This document shows positions 30,801 to 41,308 of a stretch of 64,000 bases of DNA, piece by piece. Made by a program: the position numbers and the translations under genes. Source of the stretch: an uncultured Chloroflexia bacterium (GTDB taxonomy: Bacteria > Chloroflexota > Chloroflexia > QHBQ01 > JADMIH01); the NCBI GenBank assembly GCA_963797095.1, contig CAWCNY010000001.1, positions 256,001 to 320,000 of the forward strand, read 5' to 3'. Each line of letters begins with the position of its first letter. The stretch's first letter is position 1. The notes under the pieces were generated by a model that was not told the DNA's origin, did not search any database, and saw nothing but the letters and a program-made list of their open reading frames with translations.

Positions 30801-33646
30801 ATGAGTTTGCCACTGGAAGATAGCGCAGCAGCCAAATCGACCCACACGTCTGGCACGTCTGGCACGTCTGACACGTCTGACACGTCTGACACATCTGATG
30901 CAACCCCGGTGGCTAATATGGCCAATGCACAAAGAGCAGGACCGGTGGTGCCTCACGTGCCACCGGGCGGGGGGGAATTGGGCCGGCATCGGCAGCCTGG
31001 GCAGCCTCGGCAGCATCGGCGGGATGGCAGCAACCATCGCTCCCCACCCTGTTCAAGCAGCTGAACACGTCGCAACGTGGCCTGACCGCTCGGGAGGCTC
31101 GGGAGCGATTGGCGCGCTTTGGCCCCAATGAACCTGCGCCCGCACGCCGGAGGCCGCTTGTGGTGCAGGTACTCCTTCTCTTTGCCAACCCGCTGGTGGG
31201 CATACTGCTCTTCGCGAGCCTGGTATCGATCATCGTAGGGGACGAGATAAACGCTGGCATTATCCTGGTAATAGTGCTGCTCAGCGTAGCTCTCAACTTC
31301 TTCCAGTCCTACCGGTCTCAGCATGCTGCCGAGCGGCTACGGGCGCAGGTGGCTCCCACAGCCACAGCCCTTCGCGATGGCCAGTGGGTAGAGATACCCA
31401 GGCGTGAGCTGGTGCCAGGTGACATCGTTAGGTTGTCACCTGGAGATATGGTGCCCGCCGATGCCCGGCTGATAGATGAGCGAGACCTGCATGTACAGGA
31501 GGCGGCTCTCACCGGGGAGTCGATGCCGGTCGAAAAAGAAGCAATAGACGTGGACCTTGATGCCAAAAGCCCCCTTGAAGCAAGAAATACGGTCTTCCTG
31601 GGCACCTCAGTGATAAGCGGTATAGCAACGGCTTTGGTCGTCTTTACCGGGCGCAACACGCAGTTCGGGGATATAGCGACGCGCCTGTCGACTCGTCCCC
31701 CGGAAACCGAGTTCGAACGTGGTACCAGGCAATTCGGCTTACTCATAATGAGCACCGTCTTCTTCCTGGTGCTCTTCGTGTTCGTGGTTACCATCGCGGG
31801 GCACAAAGGCACACCCCTGGAAGCTCTGCTGTTCGCGGTGGCCCTCGCTGTGGGGTTGACCCCGGAATTCCTGCCGATGATTACCACTGTTACGTTGTCG
31901 CAGGCGGCGATGCACATGTCGCGCCGGAAGGTGATCGTAAAGAACCTTGCAGCCATACAAAACTTCGGCAGTATTGACATCCTGTGCTCGGACAAGACCG
32001 GAACGATCACCAGCGGGGAGATGGCACTGGACGGGCACCTCGACCCGCTGGGCAAACCAAGCGATAAGGCGTTGCTCCTCGCATACATAAACAGCTCTCT
32101 CCAGATGGGAATGAAGAACCCACTTGACGAGGCAATCGTGCAGCACGAGCAGGCTGAACACCTCGATATCTCGGGCTACACCAAACTTGATGAAATACCG
32201 TTTGATTTCGAGCGGAGGCTGCTGTCGGTGGGTGTAGAGGTGGCGGCGCAAAGTGCTGATACTGCAGGTACTGGCGGTGGCGCAGGGCCTGGTGCGGGCG
32301 CCAGTAGAGGCGCGGGTGCAAAGCGGCTGATGATTACCAAGGGCGCGCCGGAGAGCGTGCTGAGTGTCTGTACCACTTACGAGATGCCGACGAATGAGAC
32401 AGAGAGTCAGTCCGACGTCCTGAGCTTGTGAAGGATGGACGAGAGGGGCCGCAATCTGTGCCAGACAACCTATCAGGATCTGAGTGCGAACGGCTATCGG
32501 GTGCTTGCTGTCGCCTGCCGGCCTGTAGAAGTGCAGCAAGCTTACAGGCTGGGGGACGAGCACGACCTGACACTCGTGGGTTTCCTCACTTTCCTTGACA
32601 GGCCACTGCCCGATGCGGCCTCTTCGCTGGAGGCTATGCGGCGGGATGGAGTAGACGTAAAGATCCTGACCGGGGACAACGAGCTTGTGGCTCGCCACGT
32701 CTGTACTGCGGTTGGTCTGGACGCGGGTAAGATCGTGCTGGGGGAGGAAATTGAAAAGATGAGCGACGTGGCGCTAGCCCATGTGGCCGAACAGAACAGC
32801 GTGTTCGCGAGGGTGTCACCCGCCCAGAAGAACCGGATCATTCTGGCGCTCAAGGGCCGCAGCCACGTGGTCGGCTATATAGGGGACGGCATAAACGATG
32901 CGCCATCTCTGCACGCGGCAGATGTCGGTATATCAGTAGCCGGTGGGGTGGACGTAGCCAAGGACGCCGCCGACATCATCCTGTTCGAACAGGGACTGGG
33001 AGTGCTGCATAGCAGCATACTGGAAGGGCGCCGGGCCTTCGGCAATGTGATGAAGTACCTGCTGATGGGCACAAGCTCCAACTTCGGCAACATGTTCTCG
33101 ATGGCAGTGGCCTCGGTATTTCTGCCTTTCCTGCCAATGTTGCCCACTCAAATCTTGCTCAACAACTTCATGTACGATCTGGCCCAGGTGACCATCCCCA
33201 CCGACAACGTCGACCGGGAGTTTATCGTGAAACCGAGGCGTTGGGACATCTCGATAATACGAGATTTCATGGTTTACATCGGGCCGATAAGCTCGATCTA
33301 TGACTTTCTGACCTTCTTCGCCCTGCTGTGGGTGTTCAAGGCACCTGAGGAGTTGTTCCACACTGGGTGGTTTGTGGAGTCGCTGGCCACGCAGACGCTC
33401 GTGTTGTTCGTGATACGCACGCTGGGCAACCCCTTGCGGAGCAGGCCAAGTACACCGCTGGCCATCACGACGCTGATGGTGGTGCTGGTGGGCATCGCGC
33501 TGCGTGTCTCGCCACTGGCCCCATTCCTTGGGTTCGTGCCGTTGCCCATGGGTTTCTTCCTGTTCCTCGGGGGTGCAACAGTGACCTATTTGCTGCTGGT
33601 GCAGGTGGCGAAGCGCCGAATCATGCGGCGCTGGCTGGGGGCATAA
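30801..33646 (+). pseudogene. mgtA: Mg2+-transporting P-type ATPase, disrupted (frameshift at a G7 run near 30969 and in-frame TGA at 32429)
   Basis: LTGES, VGLTPEFLP, CSDKTGT, KGAPE, TGDN, GDGINDAP, SSNFGNMFS, GWFVESL..VIRT. Confidence 0.85.
30845..30898 (+). repeat. 9-bp tandem repeat CACGTCTGR x6 (TSG/TSD) at the mgtA N-terminus
   Basis: Six near-perfect units. Confidence 0.9.
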
Positions 33647-33649
33647 GTT

Positions 33650-33825
33650 GGGGCACAAGAGAAGGTGACTTTGCCTGAACAGCGCCTAATGTTCCGGCAG
33701 CGATTTGGAGACCTGCAATACCTGATGAAGGCTGCCTAACGGCACGTAGTTGCTGCTGTTTGGCCATCGTTAGGACGCTCGAAGCTTCACAAGGAAGATT
33801 GCGAGTTCCCAGTTCTGACGCTTCC
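33650..33825 (+). mobile_element. IS6 right-end remnant
   Basis: Encodes ..EKVTLPEQRLMFRQRFGDLQYLMKAA* (IS6 transposase-like C-terminus); 35 bp at 33791-33825 are identical to 6153-6187, including the TIR. Confidence 0.8.
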
Positions 33826-33826
33826 A

Positions 33827-34984
33827 TCATTCAGTCCTCCCGCCAAGGTTCTCGGCCACCCAGTCGACGATGTAATCAAGGGCATTGGCGCTGTTATCGA
33901 CACTGCTGTGCTCGATACCGCCCTCGCGGGGGGTGAATATCTTCAACTCGCGCTTGGGGCTGTTGACTAGCTGGTCGTAGGTCTGATAAGCATATTCGAC
34001 AGGTATCTGGCGGTCGTTGTGCCCATGGGTGACGAGAAACGGCACCGTGATGCGGTCGAGAACCCCGTTTAGCGTCACTCGCTCCGCTATCCGCATGAAT
34101 TCGTCCATATCCTTCGCGCCCCAGACCCACATGACATGCTCCCAATAGTGCGGCACGGGGCGCTCGCCCGCGAGGGCGAGCCGGCGCTTCTGGACCTCGC
34201 CCCAGTTGTGGTTTGCGCCCCACACCGCGCCCAGCGCAAAGCGTGGCTCGAAGGCCACCGCGCGAGGGCAGAAGTAGCCGCCGAGGGAGACGCCATGCAA
34301 ACCGATGCGCTTGGGGTCCACATCATCGCGCGTTTCCAGGTAGTCCACCACCTTGCTCGCCCATAGCTCGGCGTTGTACACCGCCTTCATATTGTGCAGT
34401 CGCAGAGCCTCGCCGGTGCCCGGCTGGTCTACAATGAGGGAGGAGATGCCCCTCCTTGCGAGCTCACGAGGGCCACCCACTCGGTAGATCATCTCCTTCG
34501 TGCTGTCGAGGCCGTTGACCTGCACCAGGATAGGCGCAGGTCCACTGACACCTTCCGCGCGCACATACAGGCCCGCGATGTGGGCGTCTTGGTAGCGAAT
34601 CTCCATGCGCTCGCAATTCTCCCGAGCCAGCCGCACACCTTTCTGGAACGTTGCCTGGAACTTAGCATAGAGCGCTTTGCGCGGCTCGTAACCGTGAGCC
34701 TGCATCCGCTCGCCGATTAGGTAGTAGGTTGCTGCGCGCCCCAGCTTGTTCCCCGCGCTGAGCAGCCTCCCCCGCGCCTCATCTTCGTCTGCCAGGCCGG
34801 CGAGTTTGTCGCCCGTTGCCACCCAGGACTGCATGAACGCCTGCGTCCCGGGATCGTCCCCTTGCCTGGCGATTTCGAGGAGGGGACGGCACATTTGGTC
34901 GATCTCGCCGATTTTCGCCCCCATTTCCATCGCCAGGTTGATCGACAGGTTCCAGACGTAGTTGCCCTTGAAATATTCAAACAT
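33827..34984 (-). CDS. Alpha/beta hydrolase (2,6-dihydroxypseudooxynicotine hydrolase-like; possible C-C hydrolase)
   Basis: NGLDSTKE, VDQPGTGEA, nucleophile elbow GVSLGG, HGHNDRQI, GGIEH. Confidence 0.8.
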   Translation of the reverse strand: MFEYFKGNYVWNLSINLAMEMGAKIGEIDQMCRPLLEIARQGDDPGTQAFMQSWVATGDKLAGLADEDEARGRLLSAGNKLGRAATYYLIGERMQAHGYEPRKALYAKFQATFQKGVRLARENCERMEIRYQDAHIAGLYVRAEGVSGPAPILVQVNGLDSTKEMIYRVGGPRELARRGISSLIVDQPGTGEALRLHNMKAVYNAELWASKVVDYLETRDDVDPKRIGLHGVSLGGYFCPRAVAFEPRFALGAVWGANHNWGEVQKRRLALAGERPVPHYWEHVMWVWGAKDMDEFMRIAERVTLNGVLDRITVPFLVTHGHNDRQIPVEYAYQTYDQLVNSPKRELKIFTPREGGIEHSSVDNSANALDYIVDWVAENLGGRTE

Positions 34985-35060
34985 CAACACACCTCCCGGC
35001 ACGTGCCCGCAGGCGCTGCCTTACCGCCGTTTCTCCAGAGCGCTATCTGGTTGGAAGGTC

Positions 35061-36005
35061 TCAATTCGCCATGGCATTGCGAATGAGAAGCTCCACTGTG
35101 CCATCGTTGTGGAATCCAAGACTTTCTGCGGTGCGGGCATATAGTGGCGGGTAGTGGCCAAACGCCGATTCGAGCGTCTCGTTCGGCTCGTAACGGACGA
35201 GTTGGCGGCGATCCTCCCCGTAGCAGCGGGCAAGAGCCTCCACCAGCTCCTCAATTGAGAGGCGCAGCACCGGCAAGACCATTGTACGCGCCGATCTACG
35301 TGTCTCCGGCGTAAGTCTCGCCGCGTGCAGCAGATTGTCCACGCAGCATCCAACCGACATCCACCATGCGACGGCACGGGCCGATACCGGGCAGGTGTAC
35401 GGCTCACCCGCAGCCAGCTTCCAGAAGATATCGCTCATGAACGCGGACAAGAGGCCTGAGGGTTCCGGCGGCCGCGCGACTATGCCGGGTAGCCGCAGCG
35501 CGATCCCGTCGATCCAGCCTCGCCTGCTGTAGTCACTGACAAGTATCTCCCCGATCAACTTGTGCGCACCATACGACAGCGTAGGTTTGGGTAGCGTGGC
35601 GTCATTTACCGCCGAGGGGAGAGGCTCTCCGTAGACGGCGATGCTGCTGGCGAGAACCGTTGTCGGCCGGCTGCCGAGTGCCCGTAGCTGCTCCAGGAGT
35701 TGGAGGGTGGCGTCGAGATTGACTTTGAGACCGAGCTCGTACTGCTGCTCGGCCAGTCCTCCTGGGATGCTCGCCAAATGGAAGACAGTGTCTACTCCCC
35801 CGCCCAGTGCTCGCTGCAATATTCCCACATCTGCGATGCTGCCGGGATATTGCTCGACACGCCGGTCTGCAGCTTCGCCGTCAAAGCGCTGGTCAATCAG
35901 CACAAGGCGTTCGAGGGGCTCGCCCAGGCCTGTGCCATCCACGAGCAGACGGCGCACCAGGCGACGTCCGACAAAGCCGCTTGCTCCCGTAATCAGCACC
36001 TGCAT
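35061..36005 (-). CDS. NAD-dependent epimerase/dehydratase (extended SDR)
   Basis: LITGASGFVG, FHLAS, ASSIAVYG, SYGAHK, RLPGIVARP. Confidence 0.88.
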   Translation of the reverse strand: MQVLITGASGFVGRRLVRRLLVDGTGLGEPLERLVLIDQRFDGEAADRRVEQYPGSIADVGILQRALGGGVDTVFHLASIPGGLAEQQYELGLKVNLDATLQLLEQLRALGSRPTTVLASSIAVYGEPLPSAVNDATLPKPTLSYGAHKLIGEILVSDYSRRGWIDGIALRLPGIVARPPEPSGLLSAFMSDIFWKLAAGEPYTCPVSARAVAWWMSVGCCVDNLLHAARLTPETRRSARTMVLPVLRLSIEELVEALARCYGEDRRQLVRYEPNETLESAFGHYPPLYARTAESLGFHNDGTVELLIRNAMAN

Positions 36006-37006
36006 TACGCTTCACCTCGAGCTGGCACAGGTGCGCGCACCACCCGCTGGTCGATAGCGCCAAAGACGCTCCGGCCCTGGGCGTCGAGCACTTCCATGCG
36101 CACCATGTCGCCAAAGCGCATGAACCCGGTCGTCGGGGCACCATGATCGAGGATTTCGATTACGCGGCGCTCGGCGATGCATGCGCAGCCGGCGCTTCGG
36201 TCGGCGTTGGACACGGTGCCGGAGCCGACGATCGTTCCGGCTCGCAACCGGCGTGTCCTGGCGGCGTGCGCGATGAGATCGAAGAAGGTGAAGTGCATCT
36301 CGGCACCGCTCGGCCTGCCGAACTGCGCCCCGTTCAAGTAGACGTTCAGCGGCAGATGCACCCTTCCATTGCGCCACGCCCCGCCAAGCTCGTCTGGGGT
36401 GACGGCTACCGGCGCGAAGCTCGTCGCGGGCTTTGTCAGGAAGAAGCCGAAGCCGGTCTTCATCTCACGAGGGCCAAAAGCGCGCAGGCTCCAATCGTTA
36501 AGCAGCACGACCAACTTCAAGTGCTCTACAGCCTGCTCCGGCGTGCAGCCCATCGGTACATCATCGACGACGACCCCGTATTCGCCCTCGAAGTCGATGC
36601 TGTAAGTTTCGTCGGGCATTGGCACATCGTCGCACGGCCCAACGAAATCGTCTGAGCCGCCCTGGTAAATCAGAGGGATCGTCTCCGCGTCGGGTGGTGG
36701 TTCGAGATGGTAGGCTTGCTCCATCAGCAGGCCGTGGCTGAGAAAAGCCGAGCCGTCGCACCACTGGTACGCCCTCGGCAACGGCGGTGCCGCGGCCTGC
36801 GGCTCAAACGCAAACGTTTCGGGCGACCCACCCGCGTTTACTTCGTCGCACAACTGGCTTAATTGTGATGCCGTTTCGGCCCAGCCGTCGAGTGCCTGCT
36901 GGAGCGTCTTGGCCACCATGCTTGTCCTTGCAGCGCGGGATAGGTCGCGTGAGACCACGACAAGTGTGCCGTCGCGGCTGCCGTCTTTGAGAGTTGCAAG
37001 CCTCAT
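36005..37006 (-). CDS. Fumarylacetoacetate hydrolase family protein
   Basis: MRLATLKDGSRDGTLVVVSRDL, PLPRAYQWCDGSAF, YQGGSD, IDFEGE, LNDWSLR, GTIVGSGTVSN. Confidence 0.9.
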   Translation of the reverse strand: MRLATLKDGSRDGTLVVVSRDLSRAARTSMVAKTLQQALDGWAETASQLSQLCDEVNAGGSPETFAFEPQAAAPPLPRAYQWCDGSAFLSHGLLMEQAYHLEPPPDAETIPLIYQGGSDDFVGPCDDVPMPDETYSIDFEGEYGVVVDDVPMGCTPEQAVEHLKLVVLLNDWSLRAFGPREMKTGFGFFLTKPATSFAPVAVTPDELGGAWRNGRVHLPLNVYLNGAQFGRPSGAEMHFTFFDLIAHAARTRRLRAGTIVGSGTVSNADRSAGCACIAERRVIEILDHGAPTTGFMRFGDMVRMEVLDAQGRSVFGAIDQRVVRAPVPARGEA

Positions 37007-38061
37007 AATTGACCTCTTCCTGGCTCCGATCGCCAATGGATCATGGGCTGGCCCGCGACGGGGCTGCGAAAATAAGGGATCGTAGTGCCTCGCAAGCTGC
37101 CGAGGTAGACAGTCCGCAGGTTAGGTCCACCAAAGGTCACGCTCGCCATCCACGGGCAGAGCGTGCCGTGATTGGCGCCCATGATCTCGGGTGTGAGCGT
37201 GCCGGCCCGGAAGTGCTCTTCGTAGACGGCGTTCGCCTGCGGGTTGCTATCGTCTAGCAGCGTCAACACGTCGCCTTCGGGCGTGATCGCCACCAGCTTG
37301 TCGAGGAAGATCAGCGTTACCCACAGGTTGCCGTAGCTATCGAAGGCGAGTCCATCTGGGTGCCCTTCAAGCTCGCTGGGGCCATACACCTCGCGGTCGG
37401 TCAGGGAGCCATCCGGGTGGGCGCGCATCCGCGAGATGTGCCGGCCTGTGCTCTCCACGACGTACAGCCACTCCTCCTTGTCGTCAAAGCGAATCTCGTT
37501 GGTGCCGTTGAAGCCCTCAGCTACGATGCGGATGCCCAACTCATCGATCAGCCCGATGTAGCCATCGGGTGTCTTCGAGTTGACTTGCCTGGTCCACGGA
37601 ACCTCACGCGTGGTGACCGTGAACCAGATGCGATTCTTGGAGTCGCGTAGCGGAAAGTTAGCCTTGCCGAGCGGCTGCCCGTCGATCTCGGTGTACAAGG
37701 TGTATAACCGCCCCTCGCATGTCATTCTCTCGATCGCATCGGTGCCCCAGTTGGCGATGATGAAGTCGCCATTCTCGGCAAAGGCGAGGCCGTTCGGGAG
37801 CGATCCCTGCGCCTTCACGTATCGATCATTGAAGGCGGCAGTGCCGAGGGCCTTCTGTTCTATATAGGACGCGACCAGTTGCTGCTCACCGTCGGGCCTG
37901 ATCCTCATCACGCCCCCGCGCGCATCCGCTGCCCAGATCGTGCCGTCGGGCTCGGTGAGGATGCACTCCGGGCGCTGGAGGTCGTGGCCAATCGTGCGGA
38001 TCGACTCGCGATCCAACTGCCAGCCGTCGAGTGGATTGGGTGTGGAACGTGCCATAGTCAT
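37003..38061 (-). CDS. SMP-30/gluconolactonase-family beta-propeller
   Basis: LQRPECI, PNGLAF, TNEIRF, PDGLAFDSYGNLW, SVTFGGPNLRTVYLGSL. Confidence 0.85.
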   Translation of the reverse strand: MTMARSTPNPLDGWQLDRESIRTIGHDLQRPECILTEPDGTIWAADARGGVMRIRPDGEQQLVASYIEQKALGTAAFNDRYVKAQGSLPNGLAFAENGDFIIANWGTDAIERMTCEGRLYTLYTEIDGQPLGKANFPLRDSKNRIWFTVTTREVPWTRQVNSKTPDGYIGLIDELGIRIVAEGFNGTNEIRFDDKEEWLYVVESTGRHISRMRAHPDGSLTDREVYGPSELEGHPDGLAFDSYGNLWVTLIFLDKLVAITPEGDVLTLLDDSNPQANAVYEEHFRAGTLTPEIMGANHGTLCPWMASVTFGGPNLRTVYLGSLRGTTIPYFRSPVAGQPMIHWRSEPGRGQL

Positions 38062-38242
38062 AGTATCGGTATTCGGTATTACTGATTCATGTGTGTCGCC
38101 CCAGGCGACCAGATGCCTTGCTTGCCGGGGAAAGGATGCCGAAGGAATTCGGGTCGAGGTACTCTTTCAAGTCTTCGATAGATTCCATGGCCTCCGAGAA
38201 TATCAGCTCGGATACCCGGGGCGGAAGAATCTGGCTCATAGG

Positions 38243-39088
38243 TCAGTTCTTTTCATTTATTTGGTCAAGTGATCGGTCAAGCCTACCGGTGGGGTTGCGC
38301 CCCAGCAGAATATCCTCAGTCCGTTCGCGGATCTGCCAGTTCCGCTCCGGATGCGTCAGGATGTAGAACCGCTCCTCACGCACTGCCTCCAGCACGAGGT
38401 AGGCCACCGATTCGGGAGGCATGGCTGTTTCGAGCGCCTGCTGCAGACGTTGCGGAAGCGCAACGTCTCCGGGCTCTTCTCCGGATCGCGAGGCGCTGCT
38501 CAGAATGTCGGTCCTGACGACGCCCGGGAGCAACAGGGACACACCGATCTGAGGCGAGTGCTCGGCCAATTCGTGGTAGAGCGCCTCGGTGAAGCCCACA
38601 ACTGCGAACTTGGTCGTCCGGTATACACCTAGCCCCGGCGGAGAGATAACCCCAGCTATCGAGGCCGTGTTCACGATATGGCACGGCACCCCCTGTGCGC
38701 GCATGATGGGGGCGAATACCCGGACGCCATCTACGACGCCCCAGAGGTTGACGCCAAGCGCCCATTCCCAAACCGCGGCGGTGCTCTCCAGGATCTGGGT
38801 CATGATCCCAACGCCTGCGTTGTTACACAGTAGATGGACACCACCGAAGGCACTCACGGTCGCCTCGGCCAGCGAGTTTATGTCCTGGGCTTTTGACACG
38901 TCCGTTGGCACGGCCAGTACGTGTGCGCCTGATGCTTGCAGCTCGGATGCAGTCGCCTCCAGGGCAGATACCCTCAGATCAGCGAGCACGACGCGCATCC
39001 CTTCCTGGGCGAACCTGAACGCTAGGGCTTTGCCGATCCCGCTTGCCGCCCCCGTAACGACTGCAACTTTATCTCGAAACTCACGCAC
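38243..39088 (-). CDS. Short-chain dehydrogenase/reductase
   Basis: VTGAASGIG, LCNNAGV, VNTAS, YRTTK. Confidence 0.9.
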   Translation of the reverse strand: MREFRDKVAVVTGAASGIGKALAFRFAQEGMRVVLADLRVSALEATASELQASGAHVLAVPTDVSKAQDINSLAEATVSAFGGVHLLCNNAGVGIMTQILESTAAVWEWALGVNLWGVVDGVRVFAPIMRAQGVPCHIVNTASIAGVISPPGLGVYRTTKFAVVGFTEALYHELAEHSPQIGVSLLLPGVVRTDILSSASRSGEEPGDVALPQRLQQALETAMPPESVAYLVLEAVREERFYILTHPERNWQIRERTEDILLGRNPTGRLDRSLDQINEKN

Positions 39089-39320
39089 CAGGACGATCCC
39101 CTCGCGCTTGCTCCTCCAACCTGATTTTCAGGGCAATAACGAAAGCCGTGCCAGGTGCGCCGTATGCCGAATCGGATAAGTGGTTCTGGGTATATTTGCG
39201 AATAAGCTCCTCAGCATCTGCGTCTTGCAGCGCGAGCGGCGCATGAACATGCTTCACGTGGTGAAACTCTGCCTGAGTCATGCCCGGTCGCCGCCCTGTC
39301 GCGATGAGGAACTTGATCAT
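39081..39320 (-). CDS. EthD-like protein (short, possibly truncated)
   Basis: MIKFLIATGRRPGMTQAEFH..HAPL..KYTQNH. Confidence 0.55.
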   Translation of the reverse strand: MIKFLIATGRRPGMTQAEFHHVKHVHAPLALQDADAEELIRKYTQNHLSDSAYGAPGTAFVIALKIRLEEQARGDRPGA

Positions 39321-40111
39321 AGCTCCTCCTCGAACATGGCCACCACTCGGCTCCAGGCGGCGCCGGTGCCCCGCAGGTTGACGGGGAAGGCCATCACCGT
39401 GAAGCCGAAGGGGGCTGGGAGTTGATCAAGGTTCGCCAGCTTCTCGATCTGGCAATACTCCTTTTCGCGCCCCAGTATGTGCGACTCCCAGAACTGCGAT
39501 CTGCCCGCCTTAGCCTCCTCAGCCATCACGTCGTTGGGGCGGTCGAGACCCCAGGCGTCGATGCCGATCAGCTTCACGCCCCGGTCGATCAGCCATTCGG
39601 TGGCTGAGCGCCGCAGACCGGGGTGCATCAGCTCGTAACCCGGCTCTTTGAAGTGCTTGCTCGTATCGGTGCGCACCAGCACGATATCGTAGGGCTTGAG
39701 GGTGTAGCCGATGCGCTCAAGTTCCGCCTGCACGTCCTCGTCCGTGATCCCTTCTCCTCGCTTTTTGTGCGTCATGTTCAGGAGCACGCCATCACCGAAG
39801 CACCAGCGTATAGGCACCTTGTCGATCGTGCGCGTCTCGCCGAGTTTTGCCGGCCCGTAGTGGAGGGGCGCATCAATATGCGTGCCTGAGTGGGTGGTGA
39901 GGGTCACCGTTTCGGCGTTCCACACAGCGCCGTCAGGCCAGTACGTTTCATCGAGGCCCACCACCTGCTTGCTCTGGTTAAGGCCTCGCTCCTGGCTCAT
40001 ATACTCTATGTGGTGTTTGTTGAACTCGAACTCCGAGGTTTCGTTGCCCAGACAGTCGCTGAGATCTATCAGCGTGACCCTTTTGCCTCGGTACTCAAAC
40101 ACCTCTGCCAC
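39317..40111 (-). CDS. Cyclase family metal hydrolase (kynurenine formamidase-like)
   Basis: THSGTHIDAPLH, VLVRT, IGIDAWGLD, IEKLANLDQLP. Confidence 0.9.
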   Translation of the reverse strand: MAEVFEYRGKRVTLIDLSDCLGNETSEFEFNKHHIEYMSQERGLNQSKQVVGLDETYWPDGAVWNAETVTLTTHSGTHIDAPLHYGPAKLGETRTIDKVPIRWCFGDGVLLNMTHKKRGEGITDEDVQAELERIGYTLKPYDIVLVRTDTSKHFKEPGYELMHPGLRRSATEWLIDRGVKLIGIDAWGLDRPNDVMAEEAKAGRSQFWESHILGREKEYCQIEKLANLDQLPAPFGFTVMAFPVNLRGTGAAWSRVVAMFEEEL

Positions 40112-40165
40112 TGCGTTTGTCCTTCAGACTGAATGAGTTACAAAATAACGTCCGCCCAAGGTGCC

Positions 40166-41305
40166 CTATGCGGGCTGCGCTGCTAACTCGAATGACCTGC
40201 GTGTCGCCCCCTCGACGTCGGCATTGGGGCTGTGCTCTCGCTCCCAGCTGGCTATGAGCAACGAAATATCCACGAACTCCTTGCAGCGCTCGAAACGGCG
40301 GTTGCTGTAGTGCTCAAGCGCCTGGGCCAGGTCGTCACTCTTTGCCAGCTCGTCGCCGAGCACCACTGCGTCTTCCATCACCATAGCGGCACCCTGGGCT
40401 ATATGTGCCGTCATAGCATGCGCCGAGTCTCCCACAAGCACCACTCGGCCGCGGTGCCACGGAGCGGGCACCAGGATCGACTCGAAGGGGCGGTAAACCA
40501 CGTGGGAGGAATCGGTGATCTGGTCCTGGATGTCGATCGCAGGGCCAGGTGGGTAGGGTGCAAGCAGAGCCCGCATCCGACTGGCAAGCTCGCTTTCCGG
40601 CACGCGCAGCTCCGCGCCGGGGGCTGGTGTCTCTACCAGGAATATGTACATAAGATCAGGGCTGAGAGGGACAAAACCGACGCGAGGATCGAGGCCCATG
40701 AACATCCAGATGTCCTTGATTTCCTTGGGCTTGGGGAGGTTATAGCGCCAGACCATCTGCCCCTCGAAGTGCGGCTGCAACTCCTCCCCCTCACCGAACA
40801 CCAGCCGCCGCACAAGGGAGCGCAAGCCGTCGGCGCCAACGAGCAGGTCGTACTCTCCTGTTGTGCCGTCGGTGAAAGAGACGTGGACGCGGTCGGGCGT
40901 CTGCTCCAGGCTCCGCACAGTGACACCGACCTGGACCGGGACGCCCTCAGCGTGAACAGCGTCCTGAAGGATAGAGTGCAGGCGAGGGCGTGCGATGGCG
41001 TTGGTGGCAGGGAATTGCGGCCCTGCGAGCTTCGGCTGGGGGATGCGTGCGATCAAGTGCCCATCAGGCGTGTGTAGCTCAAGCGCGTCCATGCCGTAGC
41101 CTTCGGCCACGACACGCTCGGCGAGGCCCAGGGCAGCTAGAGCGCGCAGGGCGTTCGCCTGCTGAATGATCCCGACCCCGTAGACGTCCCACCTGGGGTT
41201 CACCTCTACTATTTCACACTCAATATCTGCTTTGCACAGCGCGACGGCGGTGCAAAGCCCCCCGATCCCCCCGCCGACAATCAGAACCCTCTGCACTGAA
41301 GCCAT
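40166..41305 (-). CDS. FAD-dependent monooxygenase (group A aromatic hydroxylase)
   Basis: IVGGGIGG, LLVGADGLRS, RVVLVGDSAH..AQGAAMVMEDA. Confidence 0.9.
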   Translation of the reverse strand: MASVQRVLIVGGGIGGLCTAVALCKADIECEIVEVNPRWDVYGVGIIQQANALRALAALGLAERVVAEGYGMDALELHTPDGHLIARIPQPKLAGPQFPATNAIARPRLHSILQDAVHAEGVPVQVGVTVRSLEQTPDRVHVSFTDGTTGEYDLLVGADGLRSLVRRLVFGEGEELQPHFEGQMVWRYNLPKPKEIKDIWMFMGLDPRVGFVPLSPDLMYIFLVETPAPGAELRVPESELASRMRALLAPYPPGPAIDIQDQITDSSHVVYRPFESILVPAPWHRGRVVLVGDSAHAMTAHIAQGAAMVMEDAVVLGDELAKSDDLAQALEHYSNRRFERCKEFVDISLLIASWEREHSPNADVEGATRRSFELAAQPA

Positions 41306-41308
41306 AGC

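Noticed and set aside
32429-32431. In-frame TGA in mgtA as selenocysteine or recoding
   Set aside because: Not at a conserved Cys position, no evident SECIS, and TGA is used as a normal stop elsewhere in the window
4085-33833. Target-site duplication around the IS6-bounded block
   Set aside because: Flanks GGCTTGGT, CACTCGGT and ATCATTCA do not match, so a clean compound-transposon insertion is not supported
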